From Candidatus Latescibacterota bacterium (GTDB lineage Bacteria; Latescibacterota; UBA2968; GCA-2709665), in the NCBI GenBank assembly GCA_965203805.1, contig OZ241917.1:1248001-1312000 (forward strand): DNA of 64,000 nucleotides. The letters run 5' to 3'. A model generated the notes under the pieces. It did no database searches, was not told the origin of the DNA, and saw nothing but the letters and a program-made list of their open reading frames with translations. The position numbers were made by a program, and so were the translations under genes. Positions 61,613 to 64,000 of the stretch are shown piece by piece. Each line of letters opens with the position of its first letter. The first letter of the stretch is position 1.

Positions 61613-61648
61613 CCTGCCTGTGCGTGCTGTCTCACGCACGCAGACAGG
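61613..61648 (+). mobile_element. 36-bp palindromic mini-insertion CCTGCCTGTGCGTGCTGTCTCACGCACGCAGACAGG
   Basis: Removal restores RARVEHPF, the DDE Glu motif. Confidence 0.9.
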
Positions 61649-61981
61649 GAACATCCCTTTGGGATCATCAAACACCTGTGGGGCTACCGAAAGGTCAGGT
61701 ATCGCGGTCTGGCGAAGAATACGGCGCATCTGTTCACCTTGTTTGCCTTGGCTAACTTCCATATGGCACGTCAGGAACTGGCTACTACATAGGCACCCGT
61801 GCCTCCAATTCGGACGCTGGCGGCCAAAATGGCCGGCACCGAGCGCATCCGGGGCCGGAATCACCCGTGCAAACCCGAAAGATGACGACCCTCTCAACAT
61901 AAACAGCCTCCGAAACGACCCATAAGTTACAACTTGCTCATTCCCTCTGGTTGATCAGAGGTTCCCTCATCGGTCAAAAAC

Positions 61982-62311
61982 TTAATCGTTGCCATGTTGG
62001 GTCGAGTCTTGGATCTTTTGGGAAATCTTCGAAGAAAACTTCTGACGCAAGGAATCTACAAATGCTCGACTCTCCTCAAGCGATCGGTCAATCTCATTCT
62101 GATGATCGAAATAGTAAGCCAGTGCTGCGTATACATCCGCCAGGGAAATGTCGTAATCACTGGCGATTTCGTCGGCGCTCTTGCCCAGGCGCTCGTGCCA
62201 GATGACGATATTCTCGACGGCAATTCGACGACCGACAATGCGCGGTTTGCCACCTGAAATGCCCGGGGTGATCTCAATATGTTGATTCAGGGTTTCCGTT
62301 GTCATTTCCAT
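61982..62311 (-). CDS. DUF433 antitoxin
   Basis: ITPGISGGKPRIVGRRIAV, ADVYAALAYYFDH. Confidence 0.9.
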   Translation of the reverse strand: MEMTTETLNQHIEITPGISGGKPRIVGRRIAVENIVIWHERLGKSADEIASDYDISLADVYAALAYYFDHQNEIDRSLEESRAFVDSLRQKFSSKISQKIQDSTQHGND

Positions 62312-62420
62312 CTCCTCCTGAGTTCAGCGACCGTCACGGAGCCCTCACGTTCATCGCCGACATCAAAGAAGAACCGGGGTCGGGGCGTCGCCCGCCCTTG
62401 CGCGTCAGTTTCCCTTCGGT

Positions 62421-62636
62421 TCAGCCGTCGGGACTGTCTGTTGCCCTGTTCTCATTCGATTTGCGTATTCGCGCGGCCATTGCTTCCAGCACAGGGTCGG
62501 AATACCGCCTGGAATTGAACCACTCTATCCGTTCGTCAGCAGTCATATCGGCGGTTTCGGCCGTAATGCGGGCGCGGGCCTGGCGCATGAATTTGACACA
62601 GTCGAAATTCTTCTTGTGGCGGGGGCTTTCAGACAT
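62421..62636 (-). CDS. Small 'FDC' protein B1 (putative antitoxin)
   Basis: KKNFDCVKFMRQARARITAETADMT; start uncertain. Confidence 0.7.
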   Translation of the reverse strand: MSESPRHKKNFDCVKFMRQARARITAETADMTADERIEWFNSRRYSDPVLEAMAARIRKSNENRATDSPDG

Positions 62637-62900
62637 GGACGATTTTCTCATGGGCTCGATTGTCGATCGTGGCGTATCCATTGACGCCATTGCAGAGCAC
62701 GATGCGCATGAATCCTTCTATGCGGGAAAAGGCTTTAGGTCGGGGATCATGGAGTTACCCATAGAGAGTATCTCGTACTTCGCGATTGAATAAACCAAAA
62801 AGACCCGCAACGTCGGCAATGATTCAGTCAAGCGTCCCGACTCGCTCGTCCCGATGCCTCGGTACGGTCTCGCCGTGCCGGCTGCTTGTCAAGCCATTGA

Positions 62901-63104
62901 TCAGGGTTCATTCTCTTTGTCTTTTTCCGATTCGCGCAATGGCGCCGCCAGTCGTTCCAGAACAGGATCTTCATAGCGATACGTGCGATAGTACTGGATT
63001 CGCTCTGCAGGGCTCATGCCGGCTGTTTCTGCGGCAATCCTCGCACGAACCTCACGCACAAAGCGGATGCAGTCGAACCTCTCGGTTGCGGTATCATTTG
63101 TCAT
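62901..63104 (-). CDS. Small 'FDC' protein A1 (putative antitoxin of the upstream PIN)
   Basis: FDCIRFVREVRARIAAETAGMSPAER...DPVLE; overlaps the PIN stop. Confidence 0.7.
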   Translation of the reverse strand: MTNDTATERFDCIRFVREVRARIAAETAGMSPAERIQYYRTYRYEDPVLERLAAPLRESEKDKENEP

Positions 63105-64000
63105 AGCTGATCGCCTCCGGGGATAGGACGTTCAATTCCTCGTACCCCATTTGCCGGTTGACTGCGTTGTACAACCGGTTTCGTCGCCAGTTCACCATGT
63201 GCCTGAAATTCCAGCTTGCCAAAACGTCGGCCTCAGCCAGGGTTGCCAGGGCGATATGCTCCGCGTCGGCGCGGTTCGCAAGGCCGAGAGCCCCGGAACC
63301 AATGTATGCGTCCGCAAGCCGTTCTGCCTCATCTGTGAGAAAGAGCATCTCTTTGTTCGCAGCGGGAATCTGATCGATCACATTGCGCACGCTTTCCGGT
63401 GCCCCCGCCAGTTCCCTGAGAATGACTTCTGAATAAACGAGGATAGCATCTCCGTGCTTGAACTTATCAAACAACTCCATGGATGCCTCACGGACCTCAT
63501 CGTCCAGACATCCGCCGATCACCGAGGTGTCCACGTAGATGCGCGGCTTGCCGTACACAGCCGGCGGTTCCCGCACCATCGGCAGGTCGCCGAGTAACCC
63601 CTCGGTCTCTTTCTCCAGCGCTCTGATATCCACCCCGATCTCCTCCAACGTCCGCATCGGCTGGGGTTTGTAGAAGTACCGCGTGAAGCTGATTTCATAG
63701 CCGATCCTGACACTGTCGGGTCGGTACCAGGCGTCAGGCGCGTAGGGCAGGACCTCCCGCTGCAGGAACGCTTCGATGCCGCCCTCCTCTTGCAGCGGAA
63801 TCTGCTCTGTGTCGCGCAGGTCGGTGTCCGGTTCGTACTCGACCACGGCAGTCTTGCCGTTGACGGTAGCCTCAAAACGTCCACGTAGCGGGTCGGCTTC
63901 CGTGCCCTTTCTGTGGATCTTCTTGATAACGGGCGGCGCGGCTTCGCTACGCTCGCCGGTTTCCTTCATCTTCTTGATTTCGGCGGCCTTATAGGCACGG
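63094..64000 (-). CDS. hsdM: Type I RM methyltransferase HsdM C-terminus fused in frame to a PIN domain (5' part outside window)
   Basis: YEPDTDLRDTEQIP, REVLPYAPDAW, IGYEISFTRYFY (HsdM tail), then RIYVDTSVIGG...DAEHIALA...SWNFRHMVN (PIN) with no stop between. Confidence 0.85.
   Translation of the reverse strand, partial: RAYKAAEIKKMKETGERSEAAPPVIKKIHRKGTEADPLRGRFEATVNGKTAVVEYEPDTDLRDTEQIPLQEEGGIEAFLQREVLPYAPDAWYRPDSVRIGYEISFTRYFYKPQPMRTLEEIGVDIRALEKETEGLLGDLPMVREPPAVYGKPRIYVDTSVIGGCLDDEVREASMELFDKFKHGDAILVYSEVILRELAGAPESVRNVIDQIPAANKEMLFLTDEAERLADAYIGSGALGLANRADAEHIALATLAEADVLASWNFRHMVNWRRNRLYNAVNRQMGYEELNVLSPEAISYDK

Larger units (their letters stand above)
60769..61792 (+). pseudogene. 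IS5 DDE transposase frameshifted by a 19-bp palindromic insertion
   Basis: MKQMSFSD, PDETTI, TIVDATII, WHFGMKAH, YGDKAY, KVRYRGLAKN split over two frames. Confidence 0.9.
60656..61965 (+). mobile_element. IS5-family insertion sequence (1310 bp)
   Basis: IRL GGAAGCTCTGATTAA and IRR (revcomp) GGAACCTCTGATCAA; flanking direct repeat CTCAT at 60651-60655 and 61966-61970. Confidence 0.93.
60351..61995 (-). pseudogene. DUF5615 PIN-like toxin interrupted by IS5
   Basis: Removing the IS and one CTCAT gives MATIKFLTDENVSRAIVMGLRRRGVDV...IFTQDDDFL. Confidence 0.88.

Overview
This is a GC-rich bacterial chromosomal window with no rRNA, tRNA or CRISPR array seen. The left and middle parts (1-48.4 kb) hold housekeeping and accessory genes. 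These include hflK/hflC, a PfkB kinase, recG, an imuA-imuB-dnaE2 mutagenesis cassette with a palindromic operator, an Rpn nuclease, a frameshifted AAA ATPase with a nuclease-like partner, two tandem M16 peptidase pairs, MATE, three ankyrin proteins, a heparinase II/III-like lyase, PhyH, a Doc TA pair and rhaA. This gene mix resembles host-associated (e.g. sponge-symbiont) lineages, which is inference only. The right part (49.4-64 kb) is a type I restriction-modification operon (hsdM-hsdS-hsdR, minus strand) stretched by duplicated 3' tails of hsdM and hsdS. Between the tails lie PIN/DUF433/DUF5615 TA modules, four small 'FDC' paralogs, four TIR-domain genes and a 2-TM effector, with no ThsA. 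HsdM is fused in frame to a PIN domain. An IS5 element interrupts one toxin gene. That IS5 and imuB together carry four tiny CCTGCCTG...CAGRCAGG palindromic insertions of 19-36 bp; removing the three in the IS5 exactly restores the transposase. All protein family calls are from motif recognition, not database searches.
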